Below, one piece after another: positions 35,026 through 45,337 of a DNA stretch of 64,000 nucleotides; position 1 is the first letter of the stretch, and every line of letters begins with the position of its first letter. Both the position numbers and the translations under genes were made by a program. Source of the stretch: Longimicrobiales bacterium (GTDB taxonomy: Bacteria > Gemmatimonadota > Gemmatimonadetes > Longimicrobiales > Gaopeijiaceae); contig CBDFIQ010000001.1 of NCBI GenBank assembly GCA_965248195.1, positions 384,001 through 448,000 of the forward strand, written 5' to 3'. Below the pieces are notes generated by a model. That model was not told the DNA's origin, made no database searches, and was given only the letters and a program-made list of their open reading frames with translations.

Positions 35026-36024
35026 ATGATAGTACCAGCTCCCTTCTTGACGGTTGCTCTTGTTCTCGCGCCGATACTTCAGGCCGATCCGCCGGGGGTC
35101 GTCGTGTGGAGTTCTTCGGAACTGGAACAGCGGAATGCGGCTCTCTCCACCGGGGTGGGCCCGGTCGGCAACCGCTCGTCCCGCGAGACCCTTGCCGACT
35201 ACGTGAACCCCACCGGAGCTCATCGCTTCCGATTTATTCGTCGAGAGTCGGACGGAATGGACGCTCACCCCGAGATACATGATGACATCGAGGATGTCGT
35301 GTTCATACAGAGCGGCGAAGCGACCTTGCTTGTCGGCGGTGAAATGATCAACCGCAGGGGTGATGGGGGCGATGGCATTGCGGGGGGGGTGCGGTATCCT
35401 GTGGCCGCAGGCGATATCATCCGCATTCCGGCCGCCACCCCTCACGGCTACTTGGTGCCCGAAGGGGGGCATGTTACGTACGTGCTTGTCAGGGTCCCGG
35501 CATTGGTAGGTGAGGCTGTTGTCAGTGCCGACACGCGGCCAATTCAGGACGACCCGCCGGGATTCGCCATGTGGGATTCTTCCGAGCTGGAACAGCGGAA
35601 TGCGGCTCTCTCCACCGGGGTGGGCCCGGTCGGCAACCGCTCGTCCCGCGAGACCCTTGCCGACTACGGCGACCCCACCGGAGCTCACCGCTTCCGATTT
35701 ATTCGTCGGGAGTGGGACGGCATGGATGCTCACCCCGAGATACATGGAGGTATTCCTGGATCTTATGGCATCATCGACGTCGTGTTCGTGAAGAGCGGGG
35801 GGGGTACCATGCTTGCGGGCGGTGAAATGATCAACCGCAGGGGTAGCGGGGGCGATGGCATCGCGGGGGGGGTGGCGTATCCTGTAGCCGCAGGCGATGT
35901 CATTCACATTCCGGCCGCCACCCCTCACGGCTACCTGGTGCCGGAAGGCGGGCACATTACCTACGTGCTCGTACGGGTCCCGGCGTTCGAAGGCCAGACC
36001 TCTACGTCTTCGCCCTCCCGGTAG
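35026..36024 (+). CDS. Secreted tandem-duplicated cupin protein
   Basis: Two near-identical halves, each with 'HPEIH' and 'GD(I/V)I.IPAATPH'. Confidence 0.8.
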   Translation: MIVPAPFLTVALVLAPILQADPPGVVVWSSSELEQRNAALSTGVGPVGNRSSRETLADYVNPTGAHRFRFIRRESDGMDAHPEIHDDIEDVVFIQSGEATLLVGGEMINRRGDGGDGIAGGVRYPVAAGDIIRIPAATPHGYLVPEGGHVTYVLVRVPALVGEAVVSADTRPIQDDPPGFAMWDSSELEQRNAALSTGVGPVGNRSSRETLADYGDPTGAHRFRFIRREWDGMDAHPEIHGGIPGSYGIIDVVFVKSGGGTMLAGGEMINRRGSGGDGIAGGVAYPVAAGDVIHIPAATPHGYLVPEGGHITYVLVRVPAFEGQTSTSSPSR

Positions 36025-36235
36025 AGGCGGACGGACGCTAGCCTGACGGGCCGGAAGGCCCGCGTGGACTGCGTGTGTTCGATATGGGCAGCGGGGGGGT
36101 TGTCGGCGAACTGTGCGACGAGTTCGAGGAGGCGCTTCGGGGGCGGTACGGGTTGTCGGTTTGAAACGCGAGATCCACCGCCGTAAGGGCCCGTGAACAG
36201 ATGAGAGGGACGCCCGACCAACCCGTGAACCGGAG

Positions 36236-37834
36236 GTGGCCGTGAAATACGAGCGCATTGTGTCAGTTCTCCTTCTCCTTTTGGTGAGCCGCCCTGGCCC
36301 TGCGTTGGGCGCTGGCGGGGCGCTCGCGGCGCAGGAGCCGTGCGTGACTACCTCGACCGTGGTATGCACGGAGTCCGGCCCCGTGCGTGGCATGGTCGTC
36401 GGCAACGTGCGGGGGTTCGTCGGAATCCCATACGCCAAGCCACCGGTGGGAGAGCTTCGGTTTCGCCCACCCCAGCGGGCGGACACGTGGCAGGGCGTGC
36501 GCTCGGCAGAGCAGGTCGGACCGGTGTGCCCTCAGATCCGTAATGGCTCCGTGGTCGGAAGCGAGGACTGCCTCACTCTCAACATCTGGACCGCTGCGGG
36601 CTCGACGGAGGAGCGTTTGCCTGTGATGGTCTGGCTCACTGGCGGCGGGAATCACGGATCTTCGGGCGGCGCCTACGATGGAAGCCTCATGGCCCGGAGC
36701 GCGAACGTCGTGTTCGTCACGTACAACCCGCGCCTCGGCGCCCTGGGGTTTATGGCGCATCCGGCGCTTGACCGGGAACGCTCGGAAGGAGTCTCGGGGA
36801 ATTACGCCACGCTCGATAAGATCGCGATGCTCCAGTGGCTACAGCGAAACGTCCAGGAGTTCGGCGGCGATCCCGATCAGGTCTTCCTGTTCGGAACATC
36901 AGCTGGCGGCGCGAACATCTGCGCGCTTCTCACGTCTCCTCTCGCGCGAGGGCTTTTCCACGGGGCGTCGATGCAAAGCAGCGTGCCAACCGGATGTGAG
37001 CTGCCAACACTCAGCGACGTGCAGCAGCGGACCGGAGCTCGCGTCGCGACAACAACCGGCTGCGCGGACGCAGCGGACGTCGCCGATTGCCTGCGTGATT
37101 TGACCGTGGAGGAGCTCGTGTCTGCGCTTCCCGGCGTGACGAACGTCTTTCCCCGCTGGTATGGGCCCAACGTCGACGGTCACGTCCTCCGGGAGCAGCC
37201 GATCGCGGCCATCCGAGGTGGGCGACATTCCCCGATGCCCGTCATCATCGGAACGACCCTCAACGAAACTCGCGGGTGGCTCAACCGGGCTGATCCGGTG
37301 ACCGATGCCGCGACGTACGCCGACGCGTTAACCCGGGTGTTCGGCGCAAGGGCGGTTGGCCACATTCTCGACCGTTATCCGTCGGAGGCCTTCCCCACGC
37401 CACAGCTCGCATTAGAGGCCGCGACAACGGACGCGTATTTCAATTGTCAGACGCGACGTGTCGCGCGCGCCCTCACAGGCGCTCAGGACGCACCGGTGTA
37501 CAGGTATCTCTTCACGCACGCGATGGAGACGAGCGCGGCCACGAGGGCTCGGGGTGCGGGCCACACAGTCGAGCATCGGTTCTTCTTTCCCGATCTCGCC
37601 GCGGGTCAGCCGAGCGTCACTGAGGTCGTCCTTCAGGATTCGATGGTCCGCTATTGGTCGCGTATGGTGCACACCGGCAATCCCAATGGCGGCGGGAACA
37701 CCGCGTGGCCACGCTACGAGATCACGACCGATCCCTATCTCGAGCTGAGCACGGAGACGCGTCCTCTATCCAATCTAAACGGTAGCCTTTGCGACTTCTG
37801 GGATGGGGTGCAGCTTCCATGGCCGCACCTTTAG
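36236..37834 (+). CDS. Type B carboxylesterase
   Basis: 'GIPYAKPPVGELRF', 'SEDCLTLN', 'FGGDP', nucleophile elbow 'GTSAG'. Confidence 0.93.
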   Translation: MAVKYERIVSVLLLLLVSRPGPALGAGGALAAQEPCVTTSTVVCTESGPVRGMVVGNVRGFVGIPYAKPPVGELRFRPPQRADTWQGVRSAEQVGPVCPQIRNGSVVGSEDCLTLNIWTAAGSTEERLPVMVWLTGGGNHGSSGGAYDGSLMARSANVVFVTYNPRLGALGFMAHPALDRERSEGVSGNYATLDKIAMLQWLQRNVQEFGGDPDQVFLFGTSAGGANICALLTSPLARGLFHGASMQSSVPTGCELPTLSDVQQRTGARVATTTGCADAADVADCLRDLTVEELVSALPGVTNVFPRWYGPNVDGHVLREQPIAAIRGGRHSPMPVIIGTTLNETRGWLNRADPVTDAATYADALTRVFGARAVGHILDRYPSEAFPTPQLALEAATTDAYFNCQTRRVARALTGAQDAPVYRYLFTHAMETSAATRARGAGHTVEHRFFFPDLAAGQPSVTEVVLQDSMVRYWSRMVHTGNPNGGGNTAWPRYEITTDPYLELSTETRPLSNLNGSLCDFWDGVQLPWPHL

Positions 37835-37943
37835 CAGCGGGCTAGCAGATTATTCCTCAGGCCCTGGCCAGTGGAGCCCTCGGCACCCACTGTGCCACAG
37901 GCCGGATCTCCGGCGTTGACCCACAGAGGAAGAAACAGGAGGC

Positions 37944-39194
37944 ATGATGGGAGTTGAACGCATGGGCCTTGCCCTCGTCCTCGCTGCCGGGCTCGCCGGC
38001 TGCGGCGCCGAGAACCAGACACAAACAGCGGGCCAGATCGTGAAGGGTGGATCAGACGAGACCGGCGAGTACATCGCGGCCTCGAACTGGTGGAAGCCGG
38101 CCCCGGACCACACCGACCCGGCCGCTTGCCCGAGCGGCGGGGGCGGCGGGGGCGGGGGCGGTGGCCGTGGCGGCGGTGGCGGCCAGGCGAACACCGGCCC
38201 GTGCTGGGTGTGGGGAGAGGTCTCGGGCCTAGCGGCGGACAACCCGAATCGGATCATCGTCGCGGTGTGGGGCGACCGGGACCAAGTATCCGGTCAAGGG
38301 AGGCCCGGTGGCAGCAACTACGTCCTCGAAGTGGACGGAAACGGTGATCTCATCACCAGATGGACCCAGTGGGACACTCTCTTCAACACGCCCCACCAGG
38401 TCTACATCAGCCCCTACGACCCCGAGCGCGCCATCTACATCATCGAGCGCGGCGGTAGGCAGCCCGGCCCCAACGGCGTCGACGTGCACGAGTCCATCTA
38501 CAAGTTCAGCAACGATGCGAATACGCTGATCTGGAAGCTCGTCGACCCGGCGTCGAAAATGAGCCGCCAGGAACAGCGGGCGATGACCGATCTCGGGCAA
38601 ACCGACTTCGGCGACCCGTCGGTGCTGACCTTCCTGCCGGACGGTCAGCACTTCCTCCTCGCCGACGGCTACCAGAACGGCCGCGTTCAGAAATGGACCA
38701 CCGACGGCGAGTGGGTGAGCGAGTTCGGCATGATCGATCGCGACCCGGGCCCCGGCGGCGCTCCCGGCGCGTTCGATCTCATGCACGGTATCGCGGTGGA
38801 CCGCACGGGCCGGATCTACGTGGGTGACCGCGACAACGAGCGCATCCAGATCTTCACCCCCGAGGGCGAGTTCATCGAGGAGTGGCCTGGCGTGATGGAT
38901 CCGGTCGGCATCTTCATCGACGAGAGCGAATCGGTCTGGGTCGTCTCCGCAGCGCTCAACCGCCTGCTCAAGTACAACACGGAGGGCCAGCTCCTGTACT
39001 ACTGGGGTGCGTACGGGCGGACGCGGGGCGGCTTCCCCGGCGGCTTCGCTCGCCCGCACGAGGTCGATGTGGACCAGGAGGGCAACGTCTACATTACGAG
39101 CTGGGACTGGCCGGGTTATCTCAGCAAGTTCACGCCGAAGCCCGGCGCGGATCCGGCCAAGCTGATCGGTCAGAAGCTCGGCAGCGGGAGCTGA
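37944..39194 (+). CDS. NHL-repeat lipoprotein
   Basis: Lipobox 'LAGC'; 'ADGYQNGRV', 'HGIAVD..GRIYVGDRDNERIQIF'. Confidence 0.88.
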   Translation: MMGVERMGLALVLAAGLAGCGAENQTQTAGQIVKGGSDETGEYIAASNWWKPAPDHTDPAACPSGGGGGGGGGGRGGGGGQANTGPCWVWGEVSGLAADNPNRIIVAVWGDRDQVSGQGRPGGSNYVLEVDGNGDLITRWTQWDTLFNTPHQVYISPYDPERAIYIIERGGRQPGPNGVDVHESIYKFSNDANTLIWKLVDPASKMSRQEQRAMTDLGQTDFGDPSVLTFLPDGQHFLLADGYQNGRVQKWTTDGEWVSEFGMIDRDPGPGGAPGAFDLMHGIAVDRTGRIYVGDRDNERIQIFTPEGEFIEEWPGVMDPVGIFIDESESVWVVSAALNRLLKYNTEGQLLYYWGAYGRTRGGFPGGFARPHEVDVDQEGNVYITSWDWPGYLSKFTPKPGADPAKLIGQKLGSGS

Positions 39195-39259
39195 TCATCT
39201 GCCCTCATTCCGATATCGGCACGCCACCATCCGGGTTCTTCTTTAGCAGCGCATTTTCC

Positions 39260-40741
39260 CTACCACGTCCACGACGCATCCACGGCTTTGACCGCCAACC
39301 CGAGCGCCTCGCGCTCACGGTCCCGGCGGTCCGGCGCGTGGGCGGCCGGTGAGCGATGGCTCTGCACGACGATCACGAGTTCGCGAGAAGGGATGATGTA
39401 CGTGCTCTGGCCCCCCGCGCCCGAGGCGTTGTAAGTGTCCGGGGGGAGGCTGGGGATCCGGCCGCCGCGCCCGGACTCGTCCGCGGTGTTCAGCCAGAAG
39501 AGGCCGCCGTAGTACGGGCGATCCCACGCAGGAGCCGGTGAGCTCACGAAGTCCACGAACTCCTCACTCAGCAGTCGCCTTCCGTTCCACACGCCTCGCT
39601 GGAGGTAAAGGAGGCCGAACCGCGCCCAGTTCCTGGCCGTCCCGAAGTTGTAGCCGGTGAGGAGGAAGTTGCCGTACGGGTCGGTCTCCAGAGTGAAGCG
39701 GCGAATCCCGATTTCGTCGAAGAGAGCGCGCTGCGGCCACGTGAGGTACTCCTCGCCAAGCTCGTTCTCCACGGTGCGCCGGACGATGTATCCGAGCGTC
39801 CACGGATCCGAGTTCCGGTAGCGGCCCACCGTGTTGGGCGGAAACTCGGCGTCCCGGCTCACCGAGAACGCGAAGGCATCGATGGGCGCCACGTAGCCCA
39901 GGCGATGGTCCACCTGCCCCGGCACGAACGAGCGGGCCAGCTGCTCGGGAGTTGCGCCCGTGTTGCTGAAGCGGAGGCCGCTCGACATGCGCAGGAGGTC
40001 CGCGACCCTGATGGCCGCGCGCGGGTCCCCGTCCGTGTTCTGCCACGCGGGCACAGGAGCGGGTTGCCACAGCTCGAGGTGACCCATCTGGATCAGGCGC
40101 CCCACGAGGGTGGCGGTCATGCTCTTCGCCATCGACCAGCTCTCGAGTTGCATGTCCCGGTGCGCGCCAGTCCCGTACTCCTCGGCCACGATCCGTCCCC
40201 GATGCACCACGAGGAACGCCGCACGATTGTCGTCGGGGTTTCCGAAGAAGACGCCGACCGCCTCGGCGAGAAGCTCGGCATCGACATCGTCCGCCATCGG
40301 CTGGTCCGGGAGCGCGTCGCCCATCGGCCACGGAGTCGAGGCCGCGTCGGGAAGGGCGCTCGTGACCTTTCGAGGCGTGAAGAAGACGCCATTCGTGTGG
40401 TCCGGGAGGATCACGCATCCCTGGTCGCCGAAGTGACGTGCCCGGGCTTCGACGCCTCCGTACGAGGCGGTGACGATGCGGCGCTCGTCATCGACGGCGA
40501 ACGCGAGGCGACCACTCTCGTAGTCTCCGACCTGCTCGTCGGTCCACAGGACGCTGTTGTACAGCGCCTCCTCACGCACCCGCCCGGAAACCCAGATCCC
40601 CGAACAGAAACGCTTCGCAGGGCCAGTGAGGGTCAGGTAGATCGGAGTCCCGCCGTCGGATGCACCCGCACTCGCATCGTCACAAGCCAGGGTGGGGACA
40701 ACGACGAGCGCGACGAACGCGAAGGGGACGAGCGGTCTCAT
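39260..40741 (-). CDS. Serine hydrolase, beta-lactamase class C-like (lipoprotein)
   Basis: SxxK 'SWSMAKS', 'LLRMSSGL', 'YRN', 'ARFGLLYL'; ATGA overlap with the upstream gene. Confidence 0.88.
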   Translation of the reverse strand: MRPLVPFAFVALVVVPTLACDDASAGASDGGTPIYLTLTGPAKRFCSGIWVSGRVREEALYNSVLWTDEQVGDYESGRLAFAVDDERRIVTASYGGVEARARHFGDQGCVILPDHTNGVFFTPRKVTSALPDAASTPWPMGDALPDQPMADDVDAELLAEAVGVFFGNPDDNRAAFLVVHRGRIVAEEYGTGAHRDMQLESWSMAKSMTATLVGRLIQMGHLELWQPAPVPAWQNTDGDPRAAIRVADLLRMSSGLRFSNTGATPEQLARSFVPGQVDHRLGYVAPIDAFAFSVSRDAEFPPNTVGRYRNSDPWTLGYIVRRTVENELGEEYLTWPQRALFDEIGIRRFTLETDPYGNFLLTGYNFGTARNWARFGLLYLQRGVWNGRRLLSEEFVDFVSSPAPAWDRPYYGGLFWLNTADESGRGGRIPSLPPDTYNASGAGGQSTYIIPSRELVIVVQSHRSPAAHAPDRRDREREALGLAVKAVDASWTW

Positions 40742-41927
40742 AGGGGCAGGTGGACCGCCTCTCCTGTCTGAGCACTGCGATAGACGGCCTCGGTAAACTC
40801 CATGTAATGGACGCCCGTTTCGAAAGGCACCATCGTAATCTCCTCGATGCCGCGGATCGCGTTGATGAACTCCTCCTCGACGCGGGAATACGCCTGTTCC
40901 CCCTGCGGGTTGGGCACGGGAGAGAGCTCGGAGTCGCCCTGGCGCCCAGCGAAGACATTCATCCGCTCGTCGACGTGGAGCGTGCCTTCGGTTCCGTAGA
41001 TCCAGGTCTGATTCCGTTCGAGAGGCCCGTCGAGGCACTGAACCTCATGTGGACTTGAGCCCCGTTCATCAGTTCATACATGATATCCACGTGGTCGGGG
41101 ATGGTCACTGAGGTCAGTTGACGGCGATTGTCGTATCGGTAAGGAACGTGGACCTTGGACATCGCCATGACCCGGGTGCCCCGGCCCAACCAGCGCATCA
41201 TCGACTCCTTGGTTGAACCGATATTCAGGGAGTTCATTCCGCTGAACCGGCGCTCATGGCGCCAGCTCAAATCACCGTCGGTATCAGCGAATCCCCCAGG
41301 TCCCGTTCTACCGCCCGTCTGCAAGCGCTGGATCTCGACCGAGAGCACTTCGCCAAGATATCCTTCACCGATCAGCCGCTTGATCACATTGTCGATCCGG
41401 TAGCTCGTCGACGTCGGCACCAACTGGCTCACCAGCTCAGGATGGCGTAGCGAGGCCTCGAGCATGTCTCGAGCTTCCTGTCCCGTGTTCGCCATGCGTG
41501 CTTGGCACAGCACATGTTTGCCAGCCTCGAGGGTGGCAAGCGTAAGGGTGCGGTGCATATACGGCCACGTCCCGATAAGGACCGCATCTACGCCGTCATC
41601 GTTCAGCAACTCTTCCCAACCGCCGTACGGCCTCGGAATATCGAACTCGTCCGTGACTCGCCGGCTAGACTCGAGACTGCGATTCGCCACCGCAACGACC
41701 TCGCATCCCGCGATACGTCGAAGGGCCGGAAGCATCACGTTACGAACGTTCGCACCCGCCCCGATGATCCCGACACGGATCGTACTCTGTACGGACCGCC
41801 TCCTCGTTGCCCTCTCGGAGCCGAACTCGGTGGCTCCGGCGGCAGCCACAAGCGGGAGAGCTCCCACGGAAAGAAACTCTCGGCGATTCAGTCCCCCAGT
41901 AGCTTGGCTATCGAATCCGTCGCTCAT
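40738..41927 (-). pseudogene. Gfo/Idh/MocA oxidoreductase with Tat signal, single frameshift near 41012 (may be a sequencing error)
   Basis: Paralog of 32583-33800; one missing A in 'GGA AAT CAG' splits it into the ORFs 40959-42029 and 40738-40962. Confidence 0.8.
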
Positions 41928-42169
41928 TTTCGTCTCTGCCCCGTCGCGTTGGTCGAGTCCCGAATGAATGCACAAAACCGGGAAGGTCGTCATCGCGATC
42001 AGCGTACCGGCGGGTCGAGTCGCACGCAAGACTCGCGATTACGATCAGTGACGGCACCGGACGGTGTGACCTCGGAACCCGATCTTGAGCCTCAATCCCG
42101 CGCCTCGTGACGCGGAAGGGCGTTTGAGCTAGGATGGCCCCCCACCCACGGTAGCAAAGGAGACGAGGA

Positions 42170-43147
42170 ATGGACGGTGCGATCGTCGTGAGCCAGGTCG
42201 GCGGACCCGAAGTTCTGCAGTGGTCCCGACAGGACCCGGGCGAGCCGGGCGCCGGGGAGGTGCTGGTTCGCCACACCGCGATCGGGCTCAACTTCATCGA
42301 CGTGTATCACCGTACTGGCCTCTATCCTCAGGAGCTTCCGTTCACGCCCGGAGTCGAAGGGGCGGGTGTCGTCGAGCAGGTCGGGTCCGGCGTAGACGAC
42401 CTCCAGGTGGGTGACCGCGTGGCCTACACCGGCAACGGCCCTGTGGGCTCGTACCGCGAAGGCCGGGTTCTGCCGCGCTCGCGACTCTACGCGGTGCCGG
42501 ACAGCATCGACGACGATACGGCAGCGGCGATCATGCTCAAGGGCTGCACCGTCGAGTATCTGGTGCGTCGCACGTACCCCGTGAAGTCGGGGGACTGGGT
42601 CCTGCTCCACGCCGCGGCCGGGGGCGTCGGTCTGCTGGCGAGCCAGTGGCTCAAGGCTCTCGGAGCCCACGTCATCGGCACGGTCGGCTCGGAGGAAAAG
42701 GCCCAACTCGCCGAGGGGAACGGGTGTGAGCACACGATCCTCTACCGAGACGAGGACGTGGCGGCGCACGTGAAGGAGATCACGCAGGGCCGCGGGGTCG
42801 ATGTCGCATACGACGGGGTGGGCGCGGCGACCTTTCATGGCTCGCTCGATTCGCTCCGGCCCCGAGGCATGATGGTGACCTTCGGCAATGCCTCCGGACC
42901 GGTGGAGCCGATCTCGCCGCTGTTACTCACCCAGAAAGGAGCGATCTTCCTCACCAGGCCGACGGTCGGGCATTACTACGCCACCCCGGAAGACGCGGCC
43001 GAGGGTGTGGCCGCCCTCTTCGACGTCGTGGGCTCTGGGAGGGTGCGCCCCCACATAGGCGCTCGCTACCCGCTCGCGGAGGCGGCGGAGGCGCATCGGG
43101 CTCTCGAGGCCCGCGGCACCGTTGGATCCACGGTTCTCGAGCTTTAG
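42170..43147 (+). CDS. qor: NADPH:quinone oxidoreductase (zeta-crystallin/MDR family)
   Basis: 'AIGLNFIDVYHRTGLYP', 'HAAAGGVG', 'FGNASG', 'FLTRP'. Confidence 0.92.
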   Translation: MDGAIVVSQVGGPEVLQWSRQDPGEPGAGEVLVRHTAIGLNFIDVYHRTGLYPQELPFTPGVEGAGVVEQVGSGVDDLQVGDRVAYTGNGPVGSYREGRVLPRSRLYAVPDSIDDDTAAAIMLKGCTVEYLVRRTYPVKSGDWVLLHAAAGGVGLLASQWLKALGAHVIGTVGSEEKAQLAEGNGCEHTILYRDEDVAAHVKEITQGRGVDVAYDGVGAATFHGSLDSLRPRGMMVTFGNASGPVEPISPLLLTQKGAIFLTRPTVGHYYATPEDAAEGVAALFDVVGSGRVRPHIGARYPLAEAAEAHRALEARGTVGSTVLEL

Positions 43148-43364
43148 GCCGTCGCGCGGGGCGCTTTGAGATGCTTGCCGCCCCACTGAGTTGGCACACT
43201 GGTGGCACACAAAATCGGGTCTGACCCAGCGCACTCGACAACCACCGACCATTGCGCAACGAGGGGCGCTCCCCGCACCCTGTCCAACGAAGCAGGAGAG
43301 GAAGATCGCGGTCCCTCGCTGGGACCCGCGGAGTCTCTTGACCCACAGGACGGAGGTGTGCGCC

Positions 43365-43949
43365 ATGTTCGAGACCCCTACCCGTCGCCGCTTCTTCTGT
43401 GGCGCGGCCACGGCCACCCTTGGGCTCCTCATGCCCCGTAGCAGCTTCGGGTCCCCGGCCCGATCGGCGGCCCACCAGGAGGCGAGCCCCGAGGCCAGGC
43501 TGCGTCGGCTCGGAATCGAGCTGCCCCCGCCGCCGCAGCCCGTAGCGACCTACGTACCTGCGGTGATCGTTGGGAACATGTTGTATGTGGCAGGCCATAC
43601 GCCGCGGCGTCCGGACGGCTCGCCGGGCTACCAGGGCAAGGTCGGTGAAGACTTCACGATCGAAGAGGGCTACCAGGCAGCGCGGGTCGCGGGCGTCAAC
43701 ATCCTGTCCACGGTGCGCAACACCCTCGGAACCCTCGACCGTGTCGTGCGGCTCGTCCGTACCTTCGGCATGGTCAACGCCGTTCCGGACTTCGGGCAGC
43801 ACCCACAGGTCATCAACGGGTGCAGCGACTTGTTGGCCGAGGTCTTCGGACCAGACGCGGGCAAGGGTACACGCGCAGCGGTAGGCATGGGGTCGCTACC
43901 GTTCGGCATGGCCGTAGAGGTCGAGACGTTCTGGGAGATTCGGACGTAA
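43365..43949 (+). CDS. RidA/YjgF family protein with Tat-like signal
   Basis: 'TRRRFF'; 'RLGIELP', 'VINGCSDLL.EVFG', 'RAAVGMGSLP'. Confidence 0.88.
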   Translation: MFETPTRRRFFCGAATATLGLLMPRSSFGSPARSAAHQEASPEARLRRLGIELPPPPQPVATYVPAVIVGNMLYVAGHTPRRPDGSPGYQGKVGEDFTIEEGYQAARVAGVNILSTVRNTLGTLDRVVRLVRTFGMVNAVPDFGQHPQVINGCSDLLAEVFGPDAGKGTRAAVGMGSLPFGMAVEVETFWEIRT

Positions 43950-44074
43950 CGTACGGCCCGCTACCGCCCTGCGGCGGACGCAGCTCGTGGAGAGGATCGA
44001 TCTCACGCCGCCCCCTTGGTCGCGTAGGTGGACACTTTAGGGCAAAACGAGTCCCTATGGCGCTGGGAGCGCCG

Positions 44075-45109
44075 TCAGGCGCATACGTTGCCCAGCCTGC
44101 CCGCCCCTCCACAGTAGCTCGCATCCTGAAGCTGAATGACGATGCCGTCAGGGTCGGTGAAGAACAGCTCTGGCGTGCCACCTTCTGCACCGCCCAGCTC
44201 CTCACTGCGCATGCGCACCCACGAAACCATCGGCCCCGGTGCGCCGGTGGCGTTGCCTCTGGGCCTCACGCCGAACTGCGAAAGAGCTTGCTGGACCCTG
44301 TCCGGATCGAATCCATCCATCACGAGACAGACTTGCGTGATGCGAGGCGTCGCGCCGGCTGCCGCGCTGGCATCGATGAGAAGGCGCTGAGGTCCGGATC
44401 CGACGCCCAGCATCGGCACCGTTCCATGGCGTCCCTTCACCGTCATTCCAAAGAGCACCTGATAGAAGTCCAGGGAACGCTCCTGGTTCGGAACGCTAAG
44501 CGTGAAGCTCTGGAAGTCGCGCACGACGAGCACGCCGTCGAGCGGCGTTGCGCTTGGACACCCGTCGCCCAGGACTCCGGGTCCGCCGCAGTAACGCCGA
44601 TCCTGAAGCTGGAAGCGAAGCCCATCGGGATCGTTGACGTAAAATTCCGGTGTCCCCTCGTTCGCGCCGCCGTTCTCGGGACCGCGCGATCTGACCCACG
44701 CCCTCATCGGACCGGCTCCGGAGGTTCTCGTTCGCGACACGCCGTGTCGGGCCAGAACCTGCGTGATCCGATCGACATCGAAGCCCTCGACCGTCATGCA
44801 GAAATGGCCCCAGCCTGGTCTCGCCTGCTGGCTCATGGTGATGTACTGGGGTCCGGAGCCAACCCGGATCCCCGTGGCCCCGACGCTGTAGCCTGCGTTT
44901 AAACCCTGGGTCCCGCCCTGTGTGTGATTGATGGGCCAGCCGAAGAGCCCCTGATAGAACTCCATCGAGCGTCTCTTGTCTGAAACCGCGATCGCTATGT
45001 GGTTCAGCGTGCGCAGCGTGAGCGTGGCCTCCTGCGCCAGAAGCCGACGTGCCGCCGCGAGCATCGGGACTGACATGAGAAGCGACCTGCGAGTCATCTG
45101 AGAGGTCAT
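44075..45109 (-). CDS. Two-domain VOC/glyoxalase family protein with Tat-like signal
   Basis: 'TRRSLL'; 'LNHIAIAVSD..RS.EFYQ.LFG'; 'DPDG' twice. Confidence 0.85.
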   Translation of the reverse strand: MTSQMTRRSLLMSVPMLAAARRLLAQEATLTLRTLNHIAIAVSDKRRSMEFYQGLFGWPINHTQGGTQGLNAGYSVGATGIRVGSGPQYITMSQQARPGWGHFCMTVEGFDVDRITQVLARHGVSRTRTSGAGPMRAWVRSRGPENGGANEGTPEFYVNDPDGLRFQLQDRRYCGGPGVLGDGCPSATPLDGVLVVRDFQSFTLSVPNQERSLDFYQVLFGMTVKGRHGTVPMLGVGSGPQRLLIDASAAAGATPRITQVCLVMDGFDPDRVQQALSQFGVRPRGNATGAPGPMVSWVRMRSEELGGAEGGTPELFFTDPDGIVIQLQDASYCGGAGRLGNVCA

Positions 45110-45337
45110 CTGATCCTCCTCTGCTCCTGCGTTGGCTGGCCGATGGGTGGACGGATCGCGAGGAACAGTAGCACGGAGCCTCTCAACTCGATAGACACCG
45201 CAGCTGTCAATTGGGCGACGCCGCCAACCCGTCATCTTGTGCGCGAACGCCCGTCATGTCGTATCATGACGAGTCAGCCACCAGGGAGTGTAGATCGGTC
45301 CCGGTAAACGTCGGCCGGAGTGGGGAGAGGACTAGAC

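Noticed and set aside
35085..35990. Cupin or RCC1 duplications as DGR template/variable repeats
   Set aside because: Differences are not adenine-specific, both copies are in-frame coding, and no reverse transcriptase is present
38135..38185. GGC-rich runs here and at about 29875-29950 as DNA repeat elements
   Set aside because: They encode in-frame poly-Gly linkers
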